60,801 nt of DNA from a virus. Lineage: Duplodnaviria > Caudoviricetes. The stretch lies in IMG/VR virus record IMGVR_UViG_3300009537_000009, positions 1 to 60,801 of that record; one strand, 5' to 3'. Made by a program: the position numbers and the translations under genes. The notes beneath the pieces were generated by a model. It saw only the letters and a list, made by a program, of their open reading frames with translations. It ran no database searches and was not told the DNA's origin. Below, piece after piece: positions 22,023 through 32,772 of this stretch. How positions within the stretch are numbered: the stretch's first letter is position 1; each line of letters starts with the position of its first letter.

Positions 22023-23993
22023 ATGGCAACAATTATTACACGGGCGGGAAAAGGTTCTGCGCTAACGCATAACGAACTAGATGCCAACTTCACTAACCTA
22101 AATGGTAAACCGGAGATTAATGACTCCGGTACCTCTGCTACCCAGGTATGGTCTGCGAGCAAAATAAACAGTGAGTTATCATCCAAGAGAGATAAGAACA
22201 CTCCTTATCTTGTTCACGAGGGCGCGTGGGTAACCTCAACAGCATACCAAATTGATGATATAGTAAGTCATAATGGGGCATCCTACTACTGTAAATCGGG
22301 TCATACATCAGGAGCGTCTACAGAACCGGGGGTTGGTGCTTCGTGGGAATCTGTGTGGGTATTGCTGGCAGCAAAGGGAGACACTGGCGCAACTGGTGCG
22401 ACTGGCGCTACAGGTGCAACCGGAGACACCGGAGCCACAGGGGCCACAGGAGACACCGGTCCGACCGGGCCTCAGGGTGACACCGGTCCGACCGGGCCTC
22501 AGGGAGACACTGGCCCAACAGGCGCTACTGGCGCTACGGGCGCAACCGGGCCAGCGGGGGCGGACGGTGAAATCGCCGGTCCAGGTTCCAGTGTAGACAA
22601 TACCGTTCCGCGTTGGGACGGCACTGCGGGAACCAGCATTCAGGGTAGCGGCGTCGTTATTGACGACACTGATAACATTTCAGGCATAGTCAATCTGACG
22701 CTTACGGGTACGGTTGACGGCAGGGATGTTGCTGCTGACGGCACAAAGCTAGACGGTATAGAATCTAATTCTACCGCAGATCAAACTGGTGCAGAAATTA
22801 AAGCTGCTTACGAAGCAGAAGCAAACACCAATGCTTATACTGATGCAGAGCAATCAAAACTCTCCGGAATAGAAAGTGGTGCAGACGTTACAGACGCTAC
22901 AAACGTAGCCTCTGCTGGCGGTTCAATAATTTCAAGTGGTCTTGGTGTGCCCTCTTCCATCCCTTCCAAGGTAGGAGACATTTACATTGATACAACCAAC
23001 GACAACGTATATGTCGCTACGGATACCGTATCCAGTGCTGACTGGGATCAAGTTACTGGCGTTGGCGACATGTTGGCGTCTACATATGACCCTACTTCCG
23101 TGGCTGGTGATGCTTTCAACATGGACAACATGGTTGAAGGCACTACAACAAAAATACTTACCGCCACCGAACGAACGAAGCTGTCTGGAATAGAGACATC
23201 AGCAACCGCCGACCAGTCCAATGCAGAGATTGAAACTGCCTACAACACGCAGGTTGCTATTGTCCCGCAAGCGGAGGCAGAAGCCGGGACTGCAACGACA
23301 TCGAGGCGGTGGACGGCGCAACGTGTTGCACAGGCTATAGCTGCCCTAGCTGCCGGAGGGACTCCCCCAACGCAGCAGGTCATTACAGCTACCGGAACGT
23401 GGACACGCCCCTCGGGGTGCAAGAAGGTTATAGTAGAGGTACAAGGCGCTGGCGGCGGCGGCGGCGGCGGTCGGAGCAACGGGGCGGATAGTGGCGGTGG
23501 CGGCAGCGCCGGAGGGTACACTTTCAAGCTGCTTGATGTAACCGCCATCAGCTCATCCACTGTTACCATTGGGGCTGGTGGTGCAGGGGGTACGGGCGGT
23601 TCGGGCGGGTCCGATACAGATGGAAGCGCCGGTGGCACGTCGTCATGGGCTGACGGAACGAACACATTAACGGCAAATGGTGGCACTGGCGGGAAGAAGT
23701 ATTCTGGAACGGCGGGTGTCATAGGTGCACCTGGAACGGCAACAGGCGGCACTAACTCAACAGGTGGTGCAGGAACACCCATTAGCGGTGATATTGGTGG
23801 CGGTACGTGTTTACCTGTAGGCGGGGATAGCTTCTTTGGCAAGGGCGGATACTTGTCACGCAGCGCGGTGGACGCTACGGCAGGTCAACACGGGTCTGGT
23901 GGCGCGGGTGGTATAGGAAACTCCTATAAGGTTGCTACTACCAATGGCGGCGCTGGCGGTGCCGGGGTAATTGTTGTTACGGAGTTTTATTAA
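22023..23993 (+). CDS. Tail fibre protein with CBM-like module, collagen repeats and Gly-rich C-terminus
   Basis: [15 protein letters not shown]-terminus, W....AY...D.V...G..YYC, G-X-Y repeats, repeated KL.GIE..A. Confidence 0.85.
   Translation: MATIITRAGKGSALTHNELDANFTNLNGKPEINDSGTSATQVWSASKINSELSSKRDKNTPYLVHEGAWVTSTAYQIDDIVSHNGASYYCKSGHTSGASTEPGVGASWESVWVLLAAKGDTGATGATGATGATGDTGATGATGDTGPTGPQGDTGPTGPQGDTGPTGATGATGATGPAGADGEIAGPGSSVDNTVPRWDGTAGTSIQGSGVVIDDTDNISGIVNLTLTGTVDGRDVAADGTKLDGIESNSTADQTGAEIKAAYEAEANTNAYTDAEQSKLSGIESGADVTDATNVASAGGSIISSGLGVPSSIPSKVGDIYIDTTNDNVYVATDTVSSADWDQVTGVGDMLASTYDPTSVAGDAFNMDNMVEGTTTKILTATERTKLSGIETSATADQSNAEIETAYNTQVAIVPQAEAEAGTATTSRRWTAQRVAQAIAALAAGGTPPTQQVITATGTWTRPSGCKKVIVEVQGAGGGGGGGRSNGADSGGGGSAGGYTFKLLDVTAISSSTVTIGAGGAGGTGGSGGSDTDGSAGGTSSWADGTNTLTANGGTGGKKYSGTAGVIGAPGTATGGTNSTGGAGTPISGDIGGGTCLPVGGDSFFGKGGYLSRSAVDATAGQHGSGGAGGIGNSYKVATTNGGAGGAGVIVVTEFY
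22378..22570 (+). repeat. Collagen-like (Gly-X-Y)n coding repeat with a 27-bp-period duplication
   Basis: [10 protein letters not shown]...; gacaccggtccgaccgggcctcaggg occurs twice. Confidence 0.9.
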
Positions 23994-24463
23994 TGAACGT
24001 AATTGAGATTGATGCGAGTAATAGAGTTATTCGCATACAGGAGGTTCCCGATACGTGGGTAGTAAAGGGTGGTTCCATTAGTAGCGATACAGGACACATT
24101 GTATTTCCTGACACATCTCGTTGGTATCCGGCACCCACCAATGTACGCGAGGGTGATGTGTTTGACGTTCCGACAGGAACGGCCACACCACCGACAATTG
24201 ATCTTGATAAATACAAATCGGCACTGATTGCTGATGTGCGCGATCAAGCACAAACACATATTCTTGCGATATGGCCGATCTGGAGACAGGTAAACGCCGA
24301 AGCTGGTATCTATCCGCCAGAAGTAAAAGAACAGAAAGACGCGGACATTGCCGCGACAATTCTCGAAAGCAACCGTGTCGAGGATATTATCGATGCTGCT
24401 CCGACAGTTTCCAGTGCAGATATAGCAGCATCCACCTTAACTCTTCCAACATTCCCGGTATAA
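23993..24463 (+). CDS. Tail fibre-associated/assembly protein
   Basis: Coupled to fibre gene; ILAIWPIWRQVN motif. Confidence 0.6.
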   Translation: MNVIEIDASNRVIRIQEVPDTWVVKGGSISSDTGHIVFPDTSRWYPAPTNVREGDVFDVPTGTATPPTIDLDKYKSALIADVRDQAQTHILAIWPIWRQVNAEAGIYPPEVKEQKDADIAATILESNRVEDIIDAAPTVSSADIAASTLTLPTFPV

Positions 24464-24635
24464 GAAATGGCACTAAAACATAAATTTGATTCTGGACGGT
24501 GGAGCGAGCGCAAACAAAGGCGCCGGGAGGTGAGGGATAGCCCCGGTAATGAGAGCTCGGTTCGTTCGTTACGTGACAGGGTTCTACTACTGGAACAGGC
24601 ATTAGGACTGAAATAATTAATCTTAGGTTAAATAG

Positions 24636-24989
24636 ATGTGCGCTATGAGTGAAACAACAAGAATGAGAACATTCTGGCTATCTGTCCTGGTGGCTATATT
24701 TATGTCTGCGTTTGGTAACTGGTATTCAACACAGATCAATATAACCAGAATAGAAACTATGTTATCTATCATACGTGATCGTTCCGAAGAAAACTACCTT
24801 GCCATACAAGATACGAACAGAAGACTTGTGAGCGACATTGTTTCCCTGACCTCAGACAGGTTCAGAAGAGTTGATTGGGAAATGGAAGAAGCTAAACTCG
24901 ATAAGAGAATATCCGTTATTGAGGCGGCGAATGCGGAAACGCAAAAGAAAATAAACGATATATACCTATTTATAAAGAGGGTTGAATAG
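24636..24989 (+). CDS. Membrane protein with coiled coil
   Basis: N-terminal TM segment; lysis region. Confidence 0.65.
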   Translation: MCAMSETTRMRTFWLSVLVAIFMSAFGNWYSTQINITRIETMLSIIRDRSEENYLAIQDTNRRLVSDIVSLTSDRFRRVDWEMEEAKLDKRISVIEAANAETQKKINDIYLFIKRVE

Positions 24990-25392
24990 AATGAGAAAAC
25001 TACTTTTTGCCATTCTATTGATGGCACCCCTTACTACATACGGAAACATGGAAGAATCCGCATCTCGTTTTATGAATCGGGCACTTCCACCCGGTTGGTT
25101 TATATGTGATAAGCTGGATGATATGATGGAATTGTTCCAGTCAAGGGTATCTGGCGACATATCTCAAACAAGATTGCTGATAAAAACATTACAAGAGGAG
25201 ATGAATGCTATTGGTGAGCCTGTTTGCGGGAAGGCCGGTGTTCCAATACTTACAATTGCACTTATCGAGAGTGGCGTCATCAAAACGTTCAATGGATCGT
25301 ATTATGGCCATGTTTTCTCAATCACAACAACTGGTAACGATATGGGTTACGTGATGATTATCGATCTTAAAGTTAGGTACGAGGGTACATAA
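24982..25392 (+). CDS. Exported hypothetical protein
   Basis: Signal-peptide-like MRKLLFAILLMAP. Confidence 0.6.
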   Translation: MNRMRKLLFAILLMAPLTTYGNMEESASRFMNRALPPGWFICDKLDDMMELFQSRVSGDISQTRLLIKTLQEEMNAIGEPVCGKAGVPILTIALIESGVIKTFNGSYYGHVFSITTTGNDMGYVMIIDLKVRYEGT

Positions 25393-25604
25393 TGGATATT
25401 GTTCTTTCCTTTCTGCTAGACTCGATAGAGTTTACCGCTGGTATTATTCTTTGCTGGTTTATTCTGAAATACCTCGACAGAAAAACACAATTCAAGTTCA
25501 GAGATGCCCTGGCTCAAATGAGGACGGATGGTAATGTGGCAGTATATTACGGGTTGCGTCTTGTTGCTGTGGCTATGTTCGCTGCCGCAGTATTCGGAAG
25601 CTAA
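25392..25604 (+). CDS. Holin candidate
   Basis: 70 aa, two hydrophobic segments, overlaps endolysin start. Confidence 0.55.
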   Translation: MDIVLSFLLDSIEFTAGIILCWFILKYLDRKTQFKFRDALAQMRTDGNVAVYYGLRLVAVAMFAAAVFGS

Positions 25605-26100
25605 AGTATCTTCCAAGTACGACAAACAGATATGTTCGGCAAGCAAACTTTATCTGCCTGTCCCTACCAAGTTGTTTGGCTGCAATCTCTTGAAAGCTCA
25701 ATATTATCAGGAGAGTTTATTGGACCCCGAAGCAAGGAGTCCTGTTGGTGCGGAGGGGATTGCCCAATTTATGCCGGGTACCGCGAAGGATGTTTGGGAG
25801 AGGATGGGCTACCGAACCGTAAACCCGAGGGCGGCGGGGCCGTCTATTAAGGCTGGCGCTTTTTATATGGCAGACCTTCGCGGGAAATGGAAGGCAGAGA
25901 GACCGGAAAAAGACAGGATGCAGCTTGCCCAAGCTTCCTATAATGCGGGATTCGGGAATCTGTTGAAGTCACAAAGGAAGTGTGGTGGCAATCTATGGAC
26001 TGATATCAGTCCATGCTTGAGGCTCGTTACTGGAAGGCACCACAAGGAAACATTAACATACGTTGAAAGGATATGGGGGTATTGGTTACGATGGAGCTAG
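25528..26100 (+). CDS. Endolysin, lytic transglycosylase (SLT) with N-terminal hydrophobic segment
   Basis: QES...ARSPVGAEGIAQFMPGT, ASYNAG, ETLTYV. Confidence 0.9.
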   Translation: MVMWQYITGCVLLLWLCSLPQYSEAKVSSKYDKQICSASKLYLPVPTKLFGCNLLKAQYYQESLLDPEARSPVGAEGIAQFMPGTAKDVWERMGYRTVNPRAAGPSIKAGAFYMADLRGKWKAERPEKDRMQLAQASYNAGFGNLLKSQRKCGGNLWTDISPCLRLVTGRHHKETLTYVERIWGYWLRWS

Positions 26101-26525
26101 TTGCAATTGTATTGATTCTTTTTCTTGCTGTCGTTGTTTATTCAGTGAAAAAGGAAAACAAGTCAAAGACAGAAACAGTGATTCCTGAAAAGACTGGGTT
26201 GAATGCGCCGCCAGATATAGAGAAAAGACCACTAGTATTCTCCCACTTCAACCCCTCGGCCTGGCATGACAAGGGGATTGCCATGGTATTGTGCCTCGAC
26301 TCCCCGGAAATGGAGTGGATGCACATAACGGACAGGGATGGAAATTCATTCCAGATGGTTAAGCACGGTCGGAAGGATAAAGGAAGGGATGTCTGGAAGC
26401 GGTTGGATCGTAAATGCACGGCTGGACGGATTAGAGCCTCGGATGGAAGGATTGTGTATCATGCTGTTGTCCACGGAAACAGTGTTAATCGTGGGGCGTG
26501 TTGGGGCGTGAAGGATGATAGCTAG
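26091..26525 (+). CDS. Membrane-anchored hypothetical protein
   Basis: N-terminal TM helix. Confidence 0.6.
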   Translation: MELVAIVLILFLAVVVYSVKKENKSKTETVIPEKTGLNAPPDIEKRPLVFSHFNPSAWHDKGIAMVLCLDSPEMEWMHITDRDGNSFQMVKHGRKDKGRDVWKRLDRKCTAGRIRASDGRIVYHAVVHGNSVNRGACWGVKDDS

Positions 26526-26898
26526 ACTCCTTGCCGGATTCGCTTTCAGGAAGATACTAATAGTTGCGGTGCCCATGATACTCGCTGGCGGTGGTTTGTT
26601 CATCAAGTATGTCATTGACTCTAAGATCGACGCTGAGACCGAACTTGCGGTGGCAAGGCAATCGTTACGTGGGGCTAACTTCGCGCTAGAGGCTAAGACA
26701 CTGGAGCTTGCTACTACAATGAGACTTTTAGATGAAACAAAGAAAGAAGCTAAAATTATTTCTGAGCAATGGAATAGTGTTAGGGATAAGCTTGATGAAC
26801 TGGATGAAGAAGAGATTGTTGTTTGGCTTCGGACTGGCGTTCCTCCTGACATTATCAGGGTGCTCCAGTCTGGAGAAGATAGTTTACCCGCAGATTAA
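26515..26898 (+). CDS. Inner-membrane spanin (Rz-like)
   Basis: TM plus coiled coil, W...VPPD near C-terminus. Confidence 0.7.
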   Translation: MIARLLAGFAFRKILIVAVPMILAGGGLFIKYVIDSKIDAETELAVARQSLRGANFALEAKTLELATTMRLLDETKKEAKIISEQWNSVRDKLDELDEEEIVVWLRTGVPPDIIRVLQSGEDSLPAD

Positions 26899-27076
26899 TA
26901 CCGTAACCCAATGCCCACCATTGTTCCTTTTGGGGGAAATAGAGACTGGATGGGTGTTGGAAGGGTTTACGAACGGGGATATGTTGAATCTGTTAATCGA
27001 GCAGAGAGAGGCTATCGATAAGAAAAACGCCGAGCTTCGGGTTTTACAGGCGTGGCACCGTGAGCAGTGCAAATAA
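26732..27076 (+). CDS. Outer-membrane spanin lipoprotein (Rz1-like)
   Basis: Overlapping frame, LLTLSGC lipobox, CPP...TNGDML. Confidence 0.75.
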   Translation: MKQRKKLKLFLSNGIVLGISLMNWMKKRLLFGFGLAFLLTLSGCSSLEKIVYPQINTVTQCPPLFLLGEIETGWVLEGFTNGDMLNLLIEQREAIDKKNAELRVLQAWHREQCK

Positions 27077-27082
27077 TGAGTA

Positions 27083-27091
27083 TGTTATAAT
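27083..27091 (+). promoter_or_regulatory. Extended -10 promoter upstream of head genes
   Basis: TGTTATAAT in AT-rich gap. Confidence 0.5.
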
Positions 27092-27237
27092 ATAGGTATA
27101 TGGTGAAATGACAACCAGTACTACATTTGAGTGGATCGAGCTTGTAAGAGCCGTGGATAAGGAGGCTCTTGAGCCGTTCAATGATGACTATGGGAGGAAC
27201 AGACAATTCATTTCTCCCTCAAAAGCGAGGAAGTTAT

Positions 27238-27567
27238 ATGGAAATCCAACAAAGCGACATCCACACACTGACAGAAATGGGACAGGCTCGTGATATTGCC
27301 GAGATTTTGGACAGGAAGTACCCAAACTGGTTGTGGATGGTATATATCCAGGATGGTCTCGCCTTCATTAGAAGCATGAGAATATCCGGAAGACACGGGT
27401 ACGTATTACATCTTGACAGAATAGATAATGATGGAAGGGATATTACTAGAGCAGGTGGAGAAATCCTGGAAAGGTACGCTATTGCGAGAAAAAAATTTAA
27501 CCATGATAAGTGGAGTGAACTACCGATGGATTTCACGGGCAACTTGATAGGTGATACCAAGTGTTGA
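27238..27567 (+). CDS. Phage protein upstream of portal
   Basis: GAGG RBS; YPNWLWMV...RAGGEILERY. Confidence 0.7.
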   Translation: MEIQQSDIHTLTEMGQARDIAEILDRKYPNWLWMVYIQDGLAFIRSMRISGRHGYVLHLDRIDNDGRDITRAGGEILERYAIARKKFNHDKWSELPMDFTGNLIGDTKC

Positions 27568-29678
27568 GCCACCCTACGCCACCATTAGAAGGAGAGTCTG
27601 TTAGAGACCCAAATGCCGAGTGGTTAGATCAGGCAAGACAAGCCTATATTTCCTCTACTGACTGGATGGATATCAATCTTCGAGCCCAGTGGGAAAAGAA
27701 TATTGCCAACTTCAACAGCAAGCATCCTCCGGGTTCCAAGTATCATACGGATGTCTACAAAAAAAGGGCAAGGTTGTTTCGTCCCAAAACACGCATCTCA
27801 GTAAAGAAACTTGAAGCGGCTATGACCACTGCGTTCTTCACCAATGAAGAAGTTGTTTCGGTCGATCCCAACAATAACCAGGACAAACAACAAGTGAGTG
27901 CTGCTTCTGTGATGAAGTCGGTTATGCAGTATAGACTTACAAACACGGTACCGTGGTTTCAAATTATGGTTGGCGGTATCCAATCTGCCGCCATAAATGG
28001 TGTGGTGATAGGTCATGTATATTGGGATTATACAGAAAAGACTATCTCCACACAAGTATTTGACGGGGAGAATCCGGTGATGGATGGTGATGAACCCGTA
28101 AGCGAGACCTACTCATTTACCATGGACGATAAGCCGGTCGTAGACTTGGTGGCTCCGGAAAATTTCAGGATAGATGTAGGAGCGGATTGGGCTAACCCTG
28201 TGAACTCCTCCCCGTTTGTCATAGAACTTATCCCAATGTATGTCCAGGATATAAAAGAAAGGATGGGTCGTGACTGGATAACTCTGGATAATAAGGCTCT
28301 TATGACTGGTATAAAGCAGTCATATGATTCTGTGAGGAGTGCCAGGGAGAAAGGGAGGACTGACAGATATGAGGAGTCCAGGTCTGATATAAAAGACCAT
28401 GAAATAGTTTGGGTCCATAAAAACATTATCAGGAAGGGATCGACAGACTGGTGTTTCTATACTGTTGGTACAGAACATCTGTTGAGCAAGCCCAAGAAAC
28501 TGCAAGAAATGTATCCCCATCTTAGACACGGGGAGAGGCCCTATGTTGTTGGGTACTCCAATATAGAGGCTTTCCGTGTTTACCCGGCAGGAACTGTTGA
28601 GTTGTCTCAGGAGCTTCAAGCAGCCTCGAACGATATTTGGAATCAGAGATTCGAAAACATTCGTTTAGCTATGAACAAAAGGTATCACACGCGACGTGAT
28701 GCTAATATCGACTACACAGCACTGTTCAGGAATATATCCGGCGGCGTTGTGGAGATGGATGATCCAGACAGGGATATCAGGGTGATCGAAACACGCGACG
28801 TAACAAGCTCGGCTTATGCTGAGCAAGATAGAATCAACATGGATTTCGATGAGATTCAGGGAAACTTCTCTGTCTCAACTGTTGGGGGAGCCAGGAATCT
28901 TAATGAGACGGTTGGCGGCATGTCGATGTTAGCCAATAATACAAACATGATGACTGAGTATGTACTCAGAACATACGCGGAGACCTTCGTCGAGCCGCTC
29001 CTGAAACAGTTTATGAGGGTGGAGCAGTTCTATGAGAATGATATTACGGTTATAAACCTGAATCAACAAGCATCGGAGTTCTTCCCGAAGGGGGGGACTG
29101 ACGACGAGATGGATGAGTTGTTCAAGCACGAACTCACTCTCAAGGTGAATGTGGGCATCAATGCCACAGACCCATTCAAAAAGAATCAAATGCTGGATTC
29201 CTTCCTATCCAGGCTAGAGAGAACTCCTGGTGCTATGTTGATGGTCAACATGGAAGAAGTCATCAAGGAGTTTGCGGCAAACGCGGGATTCAAGGATGGT
29301 TCGAGGTTTATTTCCAAGGGTGATCCTAGAGTAGCTGAGCTTGAGCAAACTGTACAGCAGTTGCAACAATCCTTGCAGAACAAGGAGGTCGAGACGCAGG
29401 GCCGCATCTCTTTGCAGGAATTGAAGAATGAGGCAGCAGTAGCTATAGCGCAGATCAGGGGACAGGTTGAATTGACCAAAGAGGAGATGCGCTCAAGACT
29501 TGGTGATCTGGAAATTCAGATCAGGATGGAGGATACGGATACCAAAAGAGGCGAGCTGATGCTACAGAGGGATGCTTTGATCCAAAAGATTCTTGAGTCC
29601 GAAAGAGAGTCGTTCGCCGGTAAACCAGGAACGGTTCTAAACGATGATTATGGAGCCGTGCCGCACGCAGAGGGATAA
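27561..29678 (+). CDS. Portal protein
   Basis: 705 aa, LFRPKTR, ENFRID, ETVGGM, ETFVEP, coiled-coil C-terminus; position before scaffold and capsid genes. Confidence 0.85.
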   Translation: MLSHPTPPLEGESVRDPNAEWLDQARQAYISSTDWMDINLRAQWEKNIANFNSKHPPGSKYHTDVYKKRARLFRPKTRISVKKLEAAMTTAFFTNEEVVSVDPNNNQDKQQVSAASVMKSVMQYRLTNTVPWFQIMVGGIQSAAINGVVIGHVYWDYTEKTISTQVFDGENPVMDGDEPVSETYSFTMDDKPVVDLVAPENFRIDVGADWANPVNSSPFVIELIPMYVQDIKERMGRDWITLDNKALMTGIKQSYDSVRSAREKGRTDRYEESRSDIKDHEIVWVHKNIIRKGSTDWCFYTVGTEHLLSKPKKLQEMYPHLRHGERPYVVGYSNIEAFRVYPAGTVELSQELQAASNDIWNQRFENIRLAMNKRYHTRRDANIDYTALFRNISGGVVEMDDPDRDIRVIETRDVTSSAYAEQDRINMDFDEIQGNFSVSTVGGARNLNETVGGMSMLANNTNMMTEYVLRTYAETFVEPLLKQFMRVEQFYENDITVINLNQQASEFFPKGGTDDEMDELFKHELTLKVNVGINATDPFKKNQMLDSFLSRLERTPGAMLMVNMEEVIKEFAANAGFKDGSRFISKGDPRVAELEQTVQQLQQSLQNKEVETQGRISLQELKNEAAVAIAQIRGQVELTKEEMRSRLGDLEIQIRMEDTDTKRGELMLQRDALIQKILESERESFAGKPGTVLNDDYGAVPHAEG

Positions 29679-29679
29679 G

Positions 29680-30006
29680 ATGTTTCTGGATATGGAAGAG
29701 TATTCTGACGATGAGTTGTTTGCTTCCGTCAGGAAGGGAGAGGAGGTTAAGAAATTTCTTTCCTCAGAAGTGGGGAAAAGAATTGTGGAACATGCTAAAA
29801 ACTCACACCGAATGGCGGTGATGGCGTTGACTGCGTTTTCTACAGGGCACTACGATCTTAATAAGGAGGCTGATAGGGAGTCTCTTGCTAGAATGCTAAA
29901 GGATTTATCTGAGCCGACCACGGTTCTAAATATATTCAGCAAGTTTCTGATTGAATCGGATCGATCAGAAGAACAATTAATACAACGTGATATGGAGGAG
30001 ACCTAA
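29680..30006 (+). CDS. Hypothetical head-region protein
   Basis: Between portal and scaffold. Confidence 0.7.
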   Translation: MFLDMEEYSDDELFASVRKGEEVKKFLSSEVGKRIVEHAKNSHRMAVMALTAFSTGHYDLNKEADRESLARMLKDLSEPTTVLNIFSKFLIESDRSEEQLIQRDMEET

Positions 30007-30929
30007 TGCCAGAAGCTACCCACAAGGGCGAAGAAGGTGTAGTCGGAAGCAATCCGAAGAGGGCTGCTGCGATGGAAGCATTGACACAGATGAGGACTGA
30101 TCAAGAGGTTCCTATAGAGCCTATTGATGAGGAAGAAGATAACTTGCCCATCGAAAAAGGAGATGATGGCAAGTACTATGCAAGAATTACTATTGACGGG
30201 CACGAGGAGCTACTACCCTTTGAGGATGTGATTGCCAACGCTCAGAAAGTAAAGGCTTCAAGCAAGCGTTTTGAAGAGGCTGCTGCCCTTCGAGCACAAC
30301 TGGAAGCTGAAAGAGAGGAGTTTGAAAAAATCAAACTCACAAAACCAGCGCCTCCACCCGAACAGGACGAGGACGACGACGAACTCGACAAACTCATTCA
30401 GGAATACCATAAGGCCCTGTATGATGATGACGAGGATGCGGCAGTAAAACTCATGAAACAAATCAGAGGGCGTTCCAAGACTACCCCATTTGCTTCTGAA
30501 GATGCTGTCCGAAAAATGGTTCAAGATGCGATCAATGAGGAAACCAGGAAGCAGGAAGAGGCTAGGTCGAGCAGAGAACAGAGGGAGTTCATGAAATCAG
30601 TGAAGTCCGCTCAAGCTAAGTTCGAGGAAACCTATCCAGAGATTGCTAACGATTCCGTTCTACGATCAATCGCGGACGCCAAGACCGTTGAGATAATGGA
30701 GGCAGACGACACATTGAAACCTTGGGATGTTATTCAAAAAGCAGCCGAGGCAACACTGGAGTGGGTTTCCAACAAGACGGTTGGGGGTAACAGATCGGAA
30801 CGAAAAAGGTCGGCGGAACACCAACCTAATCCAGCTAGTGTTAGTGGATCATTGGGTTCGGATGAGCAACCGGTCACAAGGTCTGATGTTATCAATGAGT
30901 TAAGACACGCAAGACACCAAAAATCATAA
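30006..30929 (+). CDS. Capsid scaffolding protein
   Basis: Acidic, coiled coil, IDGHEELL..QK...RFEEAA; directly before MCP. Confidence 0.75.
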   Translation: MPEATHKGEEGVVGSNPKRAAAMEALTQMRTDQEVPIEPIDEEEDNLPIEKGDDGKYYARITIDGHEELLPFEDVIANAQKVKASSKRFEEAAALRAQLEAEREEFEKIKLTKPAPPPEQDEDDDELDKLIQEYHKALYDDDEDAAVKLMKQIRGRSKTTPFASEDAVRKMVQDAINEETRKQEEARSSREQREFMKSVKSAQAKFEETYPEIANDSVLRSIADAKTVEIMEADDTLKPWDVIQKAAEATLEWVSNKTVGGNRSERKRSAEHQPNPASVSGSLGSDEQPVTRSDVINELRHARHQKS

Positions 30930-30939
30930 GGAGGCTATA

Positions 30940-31896
30940 ATGGCTGGACAAATTTGGGCGGTCAACTCTAGCGGTGGATACATGTATTCGGACAATCTGA
31001 GTCGTGAACTCCGCATGGAGGTTCAACCCGTTATCAAATTCAGGCAGTTTTGCGACATTAAGGATGCTGCTCACCAGGGTCTGAACCGTGGTGATACATT
31101 CCACTGGAATGTGTATTCTGATGTTGCAACACAAGGTACTACCCTTGTAGAAACTGCCACAATTCCTGAAACCGGATTCACGATCACTCAAGGTACACTT
31201 ACCGTTACTGAAGCTGGTAACAGTGTTCCGTACAGCGGTAAGCTGGACGACCTGAGTGAACAACCGGTTAAGGAAATCATCCGCAAAGTTCTAAAGACAG
31301 ACGCGAAGAAAGCGTTTGATAATCTTGCGGCGGCGCAATTCGATGCTACTCCTCTAAGGGCTGTTGGTACTACAACTGCTGCTGTGACGTTCACAACGAA
31401 TGGTACGGCTACTGCGGTGAATACCGGAGCACTTGGAAAGGAGAACACAAAGCTCGTTGTTGACTGGATGAAGGAAAGAAATATTCCCGCATACGTCAAT
31501 GATGACTACTACTGCATCGGGTGGCCTACTACGTTCCGTGCACTCAAGAATGATCTGGAAGTAATCAAGCAGTATGTTGATTCTGGTTTCCAAATGATCA
31601 TGAATGGGGAAATCGGACGATACGAGGGAACTCGATTCGTTGAGCAAACTCATATCGCAAAGGGTACCGGAATGGGTACTTCTGCTGCTGCATGGTCAGG
31701 CGGAAACGACTGGGCTGTATTCCTCGGGGAAGATGCTGTAGCTGAAGCTATCTCAATTCCTGAAGAGATAAGAGGAAAAATTCCAGGGGACTTTGGTCGA
31801 GACAGAGGAGTAGCCTGGTATTATCTCGGAGGATTCGGTATCGTTCACACAACAGCAGCCCAAGCACGTATTGTGCTTTGGGATTCTGCATCATAA
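30940..31896 (+). CDS. Major capsid protein (N4 gp56-like)
   Basis: KFRQFCD, EAGNSVPY, GEIGRYEGTRFVE, DFGRDRGVAWY; strong RBS. Confidence 0.88.
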   Translation: MAGQIWAVNSSGGYMYSDNLSRELRMEVQPVIKFRQFCDIKDAAHQGLNRGDTFHWNVYSDVATQGTTLVETATIPETGFTITQGTLTVTEAGNSVPYSGKLDDLSEQPVKEIIRKVLKTDAKKAFDNLAAAQFDATPLRAVGTTTAAVTFTTNGTATAVNTGALGKENTKLVVDWMKERNIPAYVNDDYYCIGWPTTFRALKNDLEVIKQYVDSGFQMIMNGEIGRYEGTRFVEQTHIAKGTGMGTSAAAWSGGNDWAVFLGEDAVAEAISIPEEIRGKIPGDFGRDRGVAWYYLGGFGIVHTTAAQARIVLWDSAS

Positions 31897-31908
31897 GGAG
31901 GAGAAGAT

Positions 31909-32292
31909 ATGAGTTATTCAAATCCCGTGACTGCTGTATATTCATACGGTGAGCATGACTTTGGTGCAGCGTCTGAAACCTTCAGATTTAAAGGCCCAGC
32001 CGGGAAGAAGGGGTATCTGGTCGATGTAAACGTCTCTGCTACTGAGGTCTTTACAAACACCACTACTGAAGGTGCTGTTAAGGTTGGTAGTGCAGAAGCC
32101 GGAGCGCAGTATGTCAACATGGGTCTTGGTACCCTTGCTGACAAAGCTACGCAGAACGCTTCTGATACTGCTGCTGACGTTGTACTGAGAGACCTACCGG
32201 CTGATACTGCCATATGGGTGCAGCTACTTGCACCTACTGGTGGTACACCATCCGGGAAGGGATTCGTACAAATCATCGTTAACTGGTACTAA
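31909..32292 (+). CDS. Putative capsid decoration protein
   Basis: AAGGAGG RBS, beta-rich, immediately after MCP. Confidence 0.6.
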   Translation: MSYSNPVTAVYSYGEHDFGAASETFRFKGPAGKKGYLVDVNVSATEVFTNTTTEGAVKVGSAEAGAQYVNMGLGTLADKATQNASDTAADVVLRDLPADTAIWVQLLAPTGGTPSGKGFVQIIVNWY

Positions 32293-32480
32293 GAGGTGAA
32301 CCATGAAGGACAGTGCTAACGGAAAGATGCCCAGCAATGGACTTACCGAAAAGACTCCTTTCGCTAACGAAACTCCAGCCGCTTGCGGTCTGGACTCTAA
32401 GGGCAAAGACCAAAAGCCTATGGGCGTGGTGAAGAAGTCTGCTGGTGGTGGATTCAACTTCCGCTAACAGTTGGTTATTC

Positions 32481-32506
32481 AAGGGGGGCGCAAGCCCCCC
32501 TTTTTT
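32481..32506 (+). terminator. Intrinsic terminator after capsid genes
   Basis: GGGGGGC-GCAA-GCCCCCC followed by TTTTTT. Confidence 0.9.
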
Positions 32507-32517
32507 CGGAGAATCAA

Positions 32518-32706
32518 ATGATTGAACATGGTTATATTTCTGAAGATGAAATGATGGATGAGAAATCCAAGAATTTCAGAGATTACAATACCGGTTGGGA
32601 TGCTGGTCAGAAAAACAATAGCTACAACCGTATTGGTGAGGACATGTATGATGATCGTCTTGACCAAATGTTTTCGGATATGGTGGTAGAGAAAAGGGGA
32701 TGGTAA
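32518..32706 (+). CDS. Small acidic hypothetical protein
   Basis: GGAG RBS. Confidence 0.55.
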   Translation: MIEHGYISEDEMMDEKSKNFRDYNTGWDAGQKNNSYNRIGEDMYDDRLDQMFSDMVVEKRGW

Positions 32707-32772
32707 TTGAGGAGACACGTTCATTTGTTAATGGGCAGATGAAGGTAGTGTATAAAATACAAGGGAAGGAAT

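Noticed and set aside
23240-23842. Pro-rich antisense ORF (also 37750-38226 and other shadow ORFs)
   Set aside because: Mirror of Gly-rich codons on the coding strand
22023-24620. Diversity-generating retroelement or invertible tail-fibre cassette
   Set aside because: No reverse transcriptase, invertase or template/variable repeat pair seen
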